From positions 4,473-68,472 of the IMG/VR virus record IMGVR_UViG_3300043803_000951: a stretch of 64,000 nucleotides of DNA; one strand, 5' to 3'. This DNA comes from a virus. Each line of letters begins with the position of its first letter. Positions within the stretch are counted from its first letter, which is position 1. Below the pieces are notes generated by a model. The model was not told the DNA's origin and did not search any database. It saw nothing but the letters and a program-made list of their open reading frames with translations. The translations under genes and the position numbers were made by a program. Shown one piece after another: positions 8,478 through 16,745 of this stretch.

Positions 8478-9098
8478 ATGACTAAAAAAGAACGCAAGAA
8501 GCTATATCTTGCCCGCCGATTATCTTCCGGGAAATGCGCCCACTGCAAAAGCCCGGTGGCCCCCGGTAAGACGTGCTGCCAGCGCCATCTGGACATACTC
8601 AAGACAAACCACGCCATAAGGCTAAAGAACCGTGATCTGCTTGGGCTTTGCGTGAAATGCGGAGGGGCCGTGTCTAAGGGTCGCTATTGTGATCGGCATC
8701 ACCTAATGAGGAGGGCAATCCGGTCCGCGAGAAAGCTAACGGCGATTGGCAGGGTTGAGCGGAGCATAAAGAAGCGACTGAGGGCAGTAACGCGCCATGC
8801 CGCCCCAGTCCCATTCAAGGAGCTGGTTGGATGTTCCTCTCGGGAACTAGTCACCCACCTCGAATCCCTGTGGAAGCCGGGAATGAGCTGGTCGAACTAC
8901 GGCTGGGGGACTGGAAAGTGGCAGTTGGACCATATCCGCCCGATCTGCTCATTTGACCGGACTTCCCGGGAGGGCCTGAAGGAAGCCTTCCACTTCAGCA
9001 ATACCCAGCCATTGTGGCATGAGGAGAACATGGCGAAGGCTGCTTCCATTCCTGAGGAGTCCTCTGGAGATTTGTCTATGCGTTCGTGCCCTGCCTGA
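8478..9098 (+). CDS. HNH/endonuclease VII-like homing endonuclease with N-terminal Zn fingers
   Basis: CxxC...CxxH repeats; LVGCS...HLES.W.PGMSWSNYG...WQLDHIRP...FHFSNTQPLW..EN..K. Confidence 0.85.
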   Translation: MTKKERKKLYLARRLSSGKCAHCKSPVAPGKTCCQRHLDILKTNHAIRLKNRDLLGLCVKCGGAVSKGRYCDRHHLMRRAIRSARKLTAIGRVERSIKKRLRAVTRHAAPVPFKELVGCSSRELVTHLESLWKPGMSWSNYGWGTGKWQLDHIRPICSFDRTSREGLKEAFHFSNTQPLWHEENMAKAASIPEESSGDLSMRSCPA

Positions 9099-9146
9099 GA
9101 TTTGCCCCTTGACAAGGAATCCCCTCCCGCCAACCCTCCCCCAACA

Positions 9147-9377
9147 ATGAGCGACAAGGAATCAAAAGCAATTCCGCCCTCCGTTGAGACTGGGCGGCTG
9201 ATCTACGGCCAACCCAACGACTGCTGCGACGACGGGACGCTGGGTCAGCAGATCGAAATCGAAACCCACGACGGCGGTGGCGGAAAGTATCTGACCATCA
9301 AGACGGACCGCTGGTCGTTTGATTCGGCGGAGCAACTGGTTGAACTGCTGGAAGAGGCGAAAAGGAGACTGCTATGA
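9147..9377 (+). CDS. Hypothetical protein
   Basis: TTGACA upstream; coupled to next gene. Confidence 0.65.
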   Translation: MSDKESKAIPPSVETGRLIYGQPNDCCDDGTLGQQIEIETHDGGGGKYLTIKTDRWSFDSAEQLVELLEEAKRRLL

Positions 9378-9760
9378 CCACTGAACCTACAAAAATGACC
9401 AAGGAACTCCACCTGAAGCTGGTGGCGGCATGGTGGGATGGGGAGCTGGAGTTCAACTATTCCGATACGGGCTGGTCGAAAGCAAAAGGCACTCCCGCCA
9501 GCGATAGCTCTCTCGCTTGCTACCGCATCCGCCCCAAACCCACCCTGCGCCCGTGGAAGCCGGAGGAGGTGCCGGTTGGGGCGCAGATAAAGCTGAAGGG
9601 CTCGAAGGCAATCCGCCATTTGCTTGTTTGCACCACCGACCACGAAATCGAGGCTGGCCGGACATTCCGAGGACCCCACAAGTGGGCGTTTGATGAGTGC
9701 GTCCACTCCCTCGACAATGGTAAAACCTGGCTGCCCTGCGGCGTGGAGGAATCCAGATGA
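9374..9760 (+). CDS. Hypothetical phage protein
   Basis: YRIRPKPTLRPW...SLDNGKTWLPCG motifs; ATGA overlaps. Confidence 0.7.
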   Translation: MTTEPTKMTKELHLKLVAAWWDGELEFNYSDTGWSKAKGTPASDSSLACYRIRPKPTLRPWKPEEVPVGAQIKLKGSKAIRHLLVCTTDHEIEAGRTFRGPHKWAFDECVHSLDNGKTWLPCGVEESR

Positions 9761-9984
9761 CCCCCCAAGACCACCTCAACCGGGCTGCCCAACACGGAGC
9801 GCCTGGCCTATACCCTTCCATCCACGCATCTGGATGGCCCACAACTCACTGGAATGCGATGCGGAATGCGGCTCCCAGCGTTGGGTATCGTCCAATCCGG
9901 GATACGGTGGCCTATCCGGACCCCAAACCCGGTGAACTCGGAGCGTCCCTTGTTCGGGCCGGATCACTGAGGAGGATTCCATGA
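9757..9984 (+). CDS. Hypothetical protein
   Basis: ATGA overlaps at both ends. Confidence 0.5.
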   Translation: MTPQDHLNRAAQHGAPGLYPSIHASGWPTTHWNAMRNAAPSVGYRPIRDTVAYPDPKPGELGASLVRAGSLRRIP

Positions 9985-10112
9985 CCTACGACCCTGAAAC
10001 CGCCGGCCCTTCCGGCCCCAACTGGGGGCTGCTCTTGCTGCTGGCCCTGAGCGCCCTGATGTTTGGATTGGCCGTCTTCGGGGCCTTCACCCTCGCCAAG
10101 CTGATCCTATGA
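9981..10112 (+). CDS. Small membrane protein
   Basis: GAGGAGG RBS; WGLLLLLALSALMFGLAVFGAFTLAKLIL hydrophobic helix. Confidence 0.55.
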   Translation: MTYDPETAGPSGPNWGLLLLLALSALMFGLAVFGAFTLAKLIL

Positions 10113-10247
10113 CGGCCGATCTGAGGGCCTTCAAGGTCGTTTCCGGTAAGTTGGTAGCCAATCTGCCTCCCGAGCCCGTGGCGGACCTGCCAGAGCCCGA
10201 GGAAGGGCCTTCTAGGAAGACAAGGAATGACGAGGAGGACGTGGGGT

Positions 10248-10635
10248 GGAGGCAGTGGGATTGAAGACCGCCTCAAGCTGCTGCGGCCAGGAATGCCGGG
10301 TTGAAGGGAAGACGACCAACTACTACGTGTGCGTATGGTGCGGGAAGACGTGTGATGATTTGATTGGGTTGATGGAGGATTGGGATAGGAAGGAAGACCA
10401 TGAAGAAGGAAAAGACCGTGAAGATTCCAGAGGCTGAATACCGCTGCCTCGTAAACTCATCGCAGATGCTGGGCAGGATTGCTGCTACGGTGGGCGACTG
10501 GTGCCGGACCCCGGAATCCACCACCTACGAGGCTGTGCTGGCCATGAAGGCGGAGCTGTATCGGCTACGGGCCGACGGGCTGGAGCGTGATTTGCAGGAT
10601 GAGATCGAGCGGAGGAGGCAGTGGGATTGAAGACC
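10248..10635 (+). repeat. 22-bp direct repeat GGAGGCAGTGGGATTGAAGACC at 10248-10269 and 10614-10635
   Basis: Exact match read from sequence; each copy spans a stop/start junction. Confidence 0.9.
10400..10630 (+). CDS. Hypothetical protein
   Basis: Fits operon tiling. Confidence 0.6.
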   Translation: MKKEKTVKIPEAEYRCLVNSSQMLGRIAATVGDWCRTPESTTYEAVLAMKAELYRLRADGLERDLQDEIERRRQWD

Positions 10636-10869
10636 ATCGCCACAATCGTTCAGGGAGGTGTCCGCACTGGGATAATCAGTGGCCCGGACGCCTGCAACCA
10701 GACCATCCGGGTAAACGGGCACATCTGGCGCTTCGACTACGACCGCTGGGGCGGCCCGCTGTGGCTCAAGAAGGATTTCCATACCCCCAGGAAGTGCCAG
10801 TGCCCAAACAAGGCCGTCTGGAAGGCTTGGGAGCGGTGGTTGAAGCGGTGGGAGAGGAAGAGTCAATGA
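10621..10869 (+). CDS. Hypothetical protein
   Basis: Fits tiling; W-rich small phage protein. Confidence 0.6.
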   Translation: MGLKTIATIVQGGVRTGIISGPDACNQTIRVNGHIWRFDYDRWGGPLWLKKDFHTPRKCQCPNKAVWKAWERWLKRWERKSQ

Positions 10870-11114
10870 TCATCATCAAACCAGACGGGATCATCCACCA
10901 CGGCTACGGACGCGACCGATTCAACCCGGACCAGGAACCGGTGGGGCAGGTAACCAACGGGCCGCCCAGTGAGTGGTGGTGCGTCCGGCGGGGCGGCAAG
11001 ATGGCCAGTGGCTGGATTCGCCAGCCGGACCACTGCTCCTACCATTGGCAGGTGCTGGCCTACGCGGCCAATAGCTGCGACGAGTTTCTGGAGGAGTTGA
11101 GGAAATCCAGTTGA
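10866..11114 (+). CDS. Hypothetical protein
   Basis: MIIIKPDG...; ATGA overlap. Confidence 0.55.
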   Translation: MIIIKPDGIIHHGYGRDRFNPDQEPVGQVTNGPPSEWWCVRRGGKMASGWIRQPDHCSYHWQVLAYAANSCDEFLEELRKSS

Positions 11115-11282
11115 CCCGGCCCGGGCGGTCGGGGTAGTTGTGGGGGCGTTGCGAGTGGACTGAGAGACCACTTTCAGCGAATTGTCATGAGTTTGGGTGA
11201 AAATTTTAACCGTCCGTTGCGTGCGTTGCCGTTCCAAATTCCGGCACTCTCAATTTGCACGCAGCGGGCGGTTTTCTGTTTC
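11111..11282 (+). promoter_or_regulatory. Putative promoter and attenuator-like leader upstream of HNH/replication operon
   Basis: TTGACC-17-TAGTTG; long stem 11208-11224/11257-11273 followed by a T-rich tract just before the ATG. Confidence 0.55.
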
Positions 11283-11289
11283 TACGACT

Positions 11290-11583
11290 ATGATGTATTC
11301 TGAGAAGTTGCGTGACCCGCGCTGGCAGAAGTTGAGGCTCAAGATTTTTGAGCGGGACGGGTGGAAGTGCGTGGTGTGTTCGGCCAGTGACAAAACACTC
11401 GAAGTCCACCACATGCGCTACCGGCGGCATCCGTGGGATGTGCCGCAGAAGTATCTCCAGACGCTTTGCAGCCAGTGCCACCGCAGCAAGCACTTCAAGA
11501 AGCCAGAGCCTCCGGACCCGAACGCATTGAGCGGAGAGGAAATGCGCGGCGCCTTTGAGGCGATGATGAGGGCACTCGAATGA
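11290..11583 (+). CDS. HNH endonuclease
   Basis: WQKLRLKIFERDGWKCVVC...LEVHHMRY...LQTLCSQCH. Confidence 0.85.
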   Translation: MMYSEKLRDPRWQKLRLKIFERDGWKCVVCSASDKTLEVHHMRYRRHPWDVPQKYLQTLCSQCHRSKHFKKPEPPDPNALSGEEMRGAFEAMMRALE

Positions 11584-12497
11584 GCATCCAGATCATGAGC
11601 CTCGCGTGGAAGGCTAAGCTCGGAAGCCACACCAAGAAAATCGTCCTGCTCGCGCTTTCTGACAACGCGAATGACGACGGGTTCTGCTGGCCGTCACTGG
11701 ATACGATTCAGGAGAAGTGCGACCTTTCCAGGCAGTGCGTCCTCAACCAAATTGAGGCGCTTGCTGAGTCGGGAATCTTGCTGGTCGAGAAGAGCCACCG
11801 GAGGAACAACCGATACCAAATCCTGTCCGGACCGCTCTCGAAATTGGCGGCCGTTGAGTCTACGGCGTTGACCCAAGAGGATGCGTCTAGGGTCTACCGC
11901 GTAGACCCAGTTGAGTCTACGGCGTTGACCCATAGAGTCTACGGCGTAGACTCCAACCGTAAAGAACCATCAATTAAACCATCAGGGAAGGAATGGCCGG
12001 ACGAGGAGAACATCGAGACTGCTTCCCTAAAAGCTGCTCCTTCCCAAGGCGAAGCCCCCCACGTTCCGCCGCCCCCCCCGTCGAAGTCTCGGGAGAAGTT
12101 CACGCCGCCAACCCGGGCCGAGCTTGACCTTGAGGCTGCCAAGCACGGCCTTCCCGAAACTCAGGTTACCCAGTTTGAGTGTTTCTACGGGAGCAAGGGC
12201 TGGGTGGTTGGTAAGTCTCCAATGAAATCGTGGAAGCTCGCGCTCGCAGGATGGGCAAACCGGTGGCGTGAGAGCGGTGGGCGATTCCAAAGCCAATCCA
12301 CCACTCCGAAACCCAAACCATTCCACCCCCACCAGAAGCTGATCGACGAGATTCGCTCGAAGCTGGCAACCCACCCGGCGGACATGGAGCGGGTTCTCGA
12401 TAGCGGCCGGCAACCCACCCAGGAGGAATCCCGGGAATACAACCAGCTCCGGGACAAGATGGCGGAGCTGATGATGGACAACGGAGGTGGTAAGTGA
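11580..12497 (+). CDS. Phage replication initiator with N-terminal winged HTH
   Basis: KIVLLALSDNANDDGFCWPSLDTIQEKCDLSR; internal iterons; directly upstream of DnaB. Confidence 0.85.
   Translation: MSIQIMSLAWKAKLGSHTKKIVLLALSDNANDDGFCWPSLDTIQEKCDLSRQCVLNQIEALAESGILLVEKSHRRNNRYQILSGPLSKLAAVESTALTQEDASRVYRVDPVESTALTHRVYGVDSNRKEPSIKPSGKEWPDEENIETASLKAAPSQGEAPHVPPPPPSKSREKFTPPTRAELDLEAAKHGLPETQVTQFECFYGSKGWVVGKSPMKSWKLALAGWANRWRESGGRFQSQSTTPKPKPFHPHQKLIDEIRSKLATHPADMERVLDSGRQPTQEESREYNQLRDKMAELMMDNGGGK
11856..11953. repeat. Four 19-bp quasi-palindromic iterons, putative replication origin
   Basis: GRGTCTACSGCGTWGACYC at 11856, 11890, 11913, 11935; A-rich stretch follows. Confidence 0.8.
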
Positions 12498-13846
12498 AGG
12501 ACCCAACGATCCCGCCCCACTCCATCGAGGCTGAGGAGGGAATCCTCGCCTGCTGCCTGCTATCCCCGACGGAATCCATCGGCAAGTGCCTTGAATCCCT
12601 GAAGGCCGGCCCGGATTGCTTCTACGACATCCGCAACCGCGACATCTACTCGGCGCTGCTGGAGATGTATGAGGCCCGCCAGCCGGTAGACATCATCACC
12701 CTCCACCAGAAGCTCAAGGCGGACGGGACGCTGGACATGTGCGGCGGAATGGCCCGTCTGTCCGAAATCCCAAACCGGGTGCCCAGCGCGGCCAACCTGT
12801 CCTACTACATCGACATCCTGCGGGAGAAGCACGTCCTCCGGTCCGTCATCGCAACCTGCACCACCACCATCGCTTCCGCCAGCCAGTGCGAGGGCGGGGT
12901 TGAGGAACTGGTCAGCGGGTTCGAGCAGAACGTGATGGCCATCGGGGCCTTCCGGGTTTCCTCGGAGGCTGAGGACCACGATGGGAAGTCGGTGGCCATC
13001 GCTTCCTTCGCGGCCATCAACGAGCGCATCCGCGGGAATGTGGATGCCCTGCGGACGGGCTGGAGCAATTTCGACGGCATCACCAAGGGCGGGCTCAAGC
13101 CCAGCCGCTACTACGTGATTGCCGGCCGCCCCGGGACGGGAAAGACGGCGGTTCTGGTGAGCCTGCTGATGAGCGTCTGCCGGACCAGTGGGGCGAGTGT
13201 AGGGCTGATCGAGCTGGAGATGGATGCGGCGGAATTGGGCGACCGGATGCTGTCCGTTGAGTCCGAGATCGACGTGACCGCGTTCCACCAGCAGAACCAT
13301 CCGTCCGATGAGCAGGGCAAGCAGATGGCCGGAGCGGCCCGACGGATGAAGGCCATGAAGTTCTCCATCTCCGACCGACCGAACTCCTCGGTGGCCGCCA
13401 TTGCGGCCAAGGCGCGGAGGTGGGTGGTGTCGAAGAAGATTCAGGTCCTCGGCATCGACTACCTACAACTCGTCGAATCCCACAAGGGCAAGGACCGGCG
13501 TGAGCAGGTGGATCACATCAGTCGGTCCATCAAGCTGCTCGCCAAGGAGCTGAAAATCCCCATCATCGTGCTGGCCCAGTTGAACCGGGAGTTCGACAAG
13601 GAGAAGAAGCGGAAGCCCCGCCTGAGCGACCTCCGGGAAAGCGGAAGCATCGAGCAGGATGCGGACTTCGTGGGGATGCTCTACGACCCGAGCGAAAAGG
13701 AGGAGGATGATAAGCGGGACCGCCTCAGCCCCGTGTCCATCAACATGCTTGTAGCCAAGCAGCGCGGCGGCATTGCCGGGATTGACCTGAAATTCAAGTT
13801 CCGCCCATGGCTCACCCGCTTCGACCCCGAATCCCCCATCCTCTAA
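12494..13846 (+). CDS. dnaB: Replicative DNA helicase
   Basis: PPHSIEAE, AGRPGTGKT, IDYLQL, LAQLNR, PRLSDLRESGSIEQDAD. Confidence 0.95.
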   Translation: MKDPTIPPHSIEAEEGILACCLLSPTESIGKCLESLKAGPDCFYDIRNRDIYSALLEMYEARQPVDIITLHQKLKADGTLDMCGGMARLSEIPNRVPSAANLSYYIDILREKHVLRSVIATCTTTIASASQCEGGVEELVSGFEQNVMAIGAFRVSSEAEDHDGKSVAIASFAAINERIRGNVDALRTGWSNFDGITKGGLKPSRYYVIAGRPGTGKTAVLVSLLMSVCRTSGASVGLIELEMDAAELGDRMLSVESEIDVTAFHQQNHPSDEQGKQMAGAARRMKAMKFSISDRPNSSVAAIAAKARRWVVSKKIQVLGIDYLQLVESHKGKDRREQVDHISRSIKLLAKELKIPIIVLAQLNREFDKEKKRKPRLSDLRESGSIEQDADFVGMLYDPSEKEEDDKRDRLSPVSINMLVAKQRGGIAGIDLKFKFRPWLTRFDPESPIL

Positions 13847-13868
13847 CCCCGTAAATTCCCCATTGACA

Positions 13869-14180
13869 ATGAACCCCCAGGAATCAACCTCCCCCAACGA
13901 CTGGAAGGTGGAGCGGCTGGACGGCGAATACTTCCGGTTTCGCGTGGGCAGCAAGTCAAGACCCGGCAAGTCCCACTTCGTAGACCTCGAAGAGGCTGCG
14001 TGGGCAGGCCAGTGCGACTGTGAGCGGTTTGCGTTCGTGGTGGGTGTGGAGCGGAGGGCCGGCAAGAAATCGGAATGCCGCCACATCCGCGTGGCCCGCG
14101 AGGCTTGCAAGGATTGGCTATGGTCCGAGATAGCGCCGATGATTTCCAAGCAGATGAACCAACAGAATACGATTCAATGA
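13869..14180 (+). CDS. SWIM-type Zn-finger protein
   Basis: CDC.RF...CRHI motif. Confidence 0.6.
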   Translation: MNPQESTSPNDWKVERLDGEYFRFRVGSKSRPGKSHFVDLEEAAWAGQCDCERFAFVVGVERRAGKKSECRHIRVAREACKDWLWSEIAPMISKQMNQQNTIQ

Positions 14181-14698
14181 GCGAAGATTCCCCCGACTAC
14201 AAGGTTTCCACCTACGACTCCCTGAAGGCCCGCATCCGCGACTGGCAACTGGCGATGGGACAGCCTCTGCAAGACCCGAAGTTCCCCACCCAGCAGTTCC
14301 AATACGTCCGCGAGGAGTGGGATGAGCTGCTGGAGGCCCAGCTCTACGGGACGCTCAAGGACGAGGTGGACGCCATCGGCGACATCGCCTTCACGCTGGT
14401 CGGCCTTGAGAACGCTGGCGGGCCTTCCCATGTGAACAAGGCGTGGTTCACGCTGGAGCTGATCTGCGGCCAGCGGGGATTCAGCCTTGCCCAAATCCTT
14501 GAGCGCATCTGCGACTCCAACGAGACGAAGTTCTGGTCCGAGGAGGATGCGCTGAAAACGTATCCGGGCGGGGTTGACAGCGGTGGCGGCCACATCGTTG
14601 ACAAGGTGAACGGGCGTTGGGTTGTCCGGGGCGCCTACACGAACAAGGTCGTCAAGCCGCCCACCTACAAGGCCCCCGACTTCACGGGGATCATCTGA
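14177..14698 (+). CDS. MazG-like NTP pyrophosphohydrolase
   Basis: REEWDEL...EVDAIGDI...SNETK...KVVKPPTYKAPD. Confidence 0.8.
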   Translation: MSEDSPDYKVSTYDSLKARIRDWQLAMGQPLQDPKFPTQQFQYVREEWDELLEAQLYGTLKDEVDAIGDIAFTLVGLENAGGPSHVNKAWFTLELICGQRGFSLAQILERICDSNETKFWSEEDALKTYPGGVDSGGGHIVDKVNGRWVVRGAYTNKVVKPPTYKAPDFTGII

Positions 14699-15018
14699 TG
14701 GCAATCAACCAGAACCCCAAATGCCTCGCCCGCAAGCCCCGTCCGCGCATCCCGTCGATCAGCAAGGCCCGCCATGCTCGTCTTCGCGAATACGCTACGC
14801 TGCGGAAGCAGTTCTTGCACGCCAGACCGCGCTGCGAAAGGTGCAAGAAGAAATCGACCGACATCCACCACAAGCGCGGCCGGGTTGGCCGCCTGCTCTG
14901 CATGAGTGAGCACTGGGCATCCGTATGCCGCTCCTGTCATAATTGGATCGGCGAGAATCCCAAGGAAGCCCGGGAGCTGGGGCTGCTGTGTGAGTTGGGG
15001 AAATGGAATACGCCGTGA
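14698..15018 (+). CDS. HNH-like nuclease
   Basis: CERC...DIHHKRGR...VCRSCHNWI. Confidence 0.75.
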   Translation: MAINQNPKCLARKPRPRIPSISKARHARLREYATLRKQFLHARPRCERCKKKSTDIHHKRGRVGRLLCMSEHWASVCRSCHNWIGENPKEARELGLLCELGKWNTP

Positions 15019-15401
15019 GCATAACCAGTAAGTGGTTCAAGGATTATGAGCGAAGACAACGTGGAGAGCCTACTCCCAAAAAACCTGATGCAGGTGGGAG
15101 ACAAGATGGCCATCACGGTGAAGTATGTGGTCCCGTCCCTGAATGCGTTGTTCGCGATGAACCACTGGCAAAGGGCAAAGGCAAGAAAGCTGACGGCCGC
15201 CGCTTTCGCGTCAGCGTTGTCTCCCGAAGGAGTCGCCTTCTTGACCCCGACAATCTCTGTGGAAAGGGCCTCGTTGATTGTCTCCGCTATGCGGGAGCAA
15301 TTGAGCAGGACGATCCAGGATCGGTCGAGTATCGCATTAGCCAGGAAAAAGTTGCGAAAGGCGCGGAAGAAACCGTAGTTACGGTCGAGCGAATTGAATA
15401 A
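15003..15401 (+). CDS. RusA-like Holliday junction resolvase, catalytic half
   Basis: LLDPDNLCGKGLVDCLRYAGAIEQDD matches RusA DxDN..K...D.L...G.I.DD. Confidence 0.75.
   Translation: MEYAVSITSKWFKDYERRQRGEPTPKKPDAGGRQDGHHGEVCGPVPECVVRDEPLAKGKGKKADGRRFRVSVVSRRSRLLDPDNLCGKGLVDCLRYAGAIEQDDPGSVEYRISQEKVAKGAEETVVTVERIE
15046..15378 (+). CDS. Overlapping ORF carrying a RusA-like N-terminal motif
   Basis: AITVKYVVPSLNALFAMNHWQRAKARK resembles the RusA-family PSxN...HW..R N-terminus. Confidence 0.55.
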   Translation: MSEDNVESLLPKNLMQVGDKMAITVKYVVPSLNALFAMNHWQRAKARKLTAAAFASALSPEGVAFLTPTISVERASLIVSAMREQLSRTIQDRSSIALARKKLRKARKKP

Positions 15402-15417
15402 AGGAGGTGATTATGAC

Positions 15418-15474
15418 GTGAAGGGCACCAAGAAAGGTGGTAAGAAGGGTGGCAAGAAGGGCTGCGGCTACTGA
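15418..15474 (+). CDS. 18-aa basic peptide MKGTKKGGKKGGKKGCGY
   Basis: AAGGAGGTGAT at 15401-15411, then GTG start; KKGG repeats. Confidence 0.55.
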   Translation: MKGTKKGGKKGGKKGCGY

Positions 15475-16745
15475 CTTGCCGGAGCGCCGTCCAGATTGGG
15501 CGGCGTTTCTGCCTCTACTCCACCCAGCCCACCCCCGGAACCCCCATCTCCTGGAGCCAGCACTGCTTCCTTGAATCCCTCGCCGCCTGAGGAACTGGAC
15601 ACCAGCACCCGATCCGCATCTCCACCTTCCCATTGGATGCGCGTAAGACTTCCCCTGGGGTTCCGCATGTCCGCAAGGCGGAATTGTAAAATTGGCAATG
15701 ATGACACGTTCTTAGTCTTAGCCACCAGCGCCCTCCGACCTCTGTCGTCAACAAGTTCGTCCCCGCCCGCAGTGACAGGATCGACCTGACATAAATCCAC
15801 CCCAACCGGAGTGCCTCGGCGGTTCCCAGTGTAAGGAAGGAGGTAACTGCCACCCGGCCCATCACCCTTAGATAATGCGCCAGCCGGGAGAGCCGTTTGC
15901 GCCACAAACCTGTGGAAAACCGAGAGTATTTTCGGATAGAGGCGGGTGATGATGGAGCCCCATGACGTTGTGTATCCATGACGATTGACGAGTTTTGCGC
16001 GGTCAGCCTCCACATTCCTTGTGTAGGCAAACCATTCCGGGTTGGGAGTGACCTCCAGAGTCCACTGGAAGCTGCTCACTGGCCCCTGTGATTCGATGGC
16101 GCAGTTGACGACGTTGCGGAGGAGGGCCGGAAGCTCAGTCTCCTCGGCGGACTTCCTCAGCTCCTTGTCGCGGAGGCGGCGGAGAGCGTTGGGAAATCTG
16201 CTGAGCACTATCTGCTTCCAATTTGCCCTATACGGGAAGGCGTGGAGCTGGCCGAACCCGAAGTCTACGTGCCTGAGGTCCCCCACCATCCACCGTGGCA
16301 TCTCCTGCGTAATGGCGATCCAGACGGCCTTGAAGGTGGCAAGGTCGGCGATGGCGGACCGTTTCCACGCGGCCTTGACGAACGCCTCATCACTCACCTC
16401 GTCGTCCTCGCTGCATTTCAGCTTGTCGAACTTGATGGCCTTGGCGGACTTGTTGATGCCCTCGTAGCGTTCGTGGTATCGCGGCGTGATACCGTAGACC
16501 GGATGGGCCACCTCCTTCCACCATTCGTCAGCCACGATGGGCATGGAGGCGTTACCGGAGATGGAGTTGGCGCGGACCAGCTCCCCGACCAGCTTGCGAA
16601 TCTTAATGGGGACGGCTCCGGTGAGCAGGACGGCCCAATGGGGCTTCCCATCGACGGTGCCCCCGGTGGCGTAGAAGGGGACGGCCCATTCCGGGCACTC
16701 CATGACCCAGAGTTGGCGGTCGGTGGTTATGGCGAATTCACTCAC
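15468..16745 (-). CDS. Hypothetical protein coupled to TerL, possible HU/IHF-like segment
   Basis: Start overlaps terL stop; ...KAVWIAITQEMPRWMVGDLRHVDFGFGQL. Confidence 0.6.
   Translation of the reverse strand: MSEFAITTDRQLWVMECPEWAVPFYATGGTVDGKPHWAVLLTGAVPIKIRKLVGELVRANSISGNASMPIVADEWWKEVAHPVYGITPRYHERYEGINKSAKAIKFDKLKCSEDDEVSDEAFVKAAWKRSAIADLATFKAVWIAITQEMPRWMVGDLRHVDFGFGQLHAFPYRANWKQIVLSRFPNALRRLRDKELRKSAEETELPALLRNVVNCAIESQGPVSSFQWTLEVTPNPEWFAYTRNVEADRAKLVNRHGYTTSWGSIITRLYPKILSVFHRFVAQTALPAGALSKGDGPGGSYLLPYTGNRRGTPVGVDLCQVDPVTAGGDELVDDRGRRALVAKTKNVSSLPILQFRLADMRNPRGSLTRIQWEGGDADRVLVSSSSGGEGFKEAVLAPGDGGSGGGLGGVEAETPPNLDGAPASQ
15515..16030 (-). CDS. Nested Cys-rich Zn-binding protein in alternative frame (start uncertain)
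   Basis: RLRTCHHC...RTCG...GCWC...CW motif. Confidence 0.45.
   Translation of the reverse strand: MPTQGMWRLTAQNSSIVMDTQRHGAPSSPASIRKYSRFSTGLWRKRLSRLAHYLRVMGRVAVTSFLTLGTAEALRLGWIYVRSILSLRAGTNLLTTEVGGRWWLRLRTCHHCQFYNSALRTCGTPGEVLRASNGKVEMRIGCWCPVPQAARDSRKQCWLQEMGVPGVGWVE

Noticed and set aside
9170-9205. Possible degenerate attC arm (PSVETGRLI resembles cassette N-termini)
   Set aside because: No intact AAC/GTT core and no partner arm
11856-11953. Possible mini CRISPR array
   Set aside because: Spacers only 3-15 bp, lies within a coding frame, no cas genes; iterons fit better
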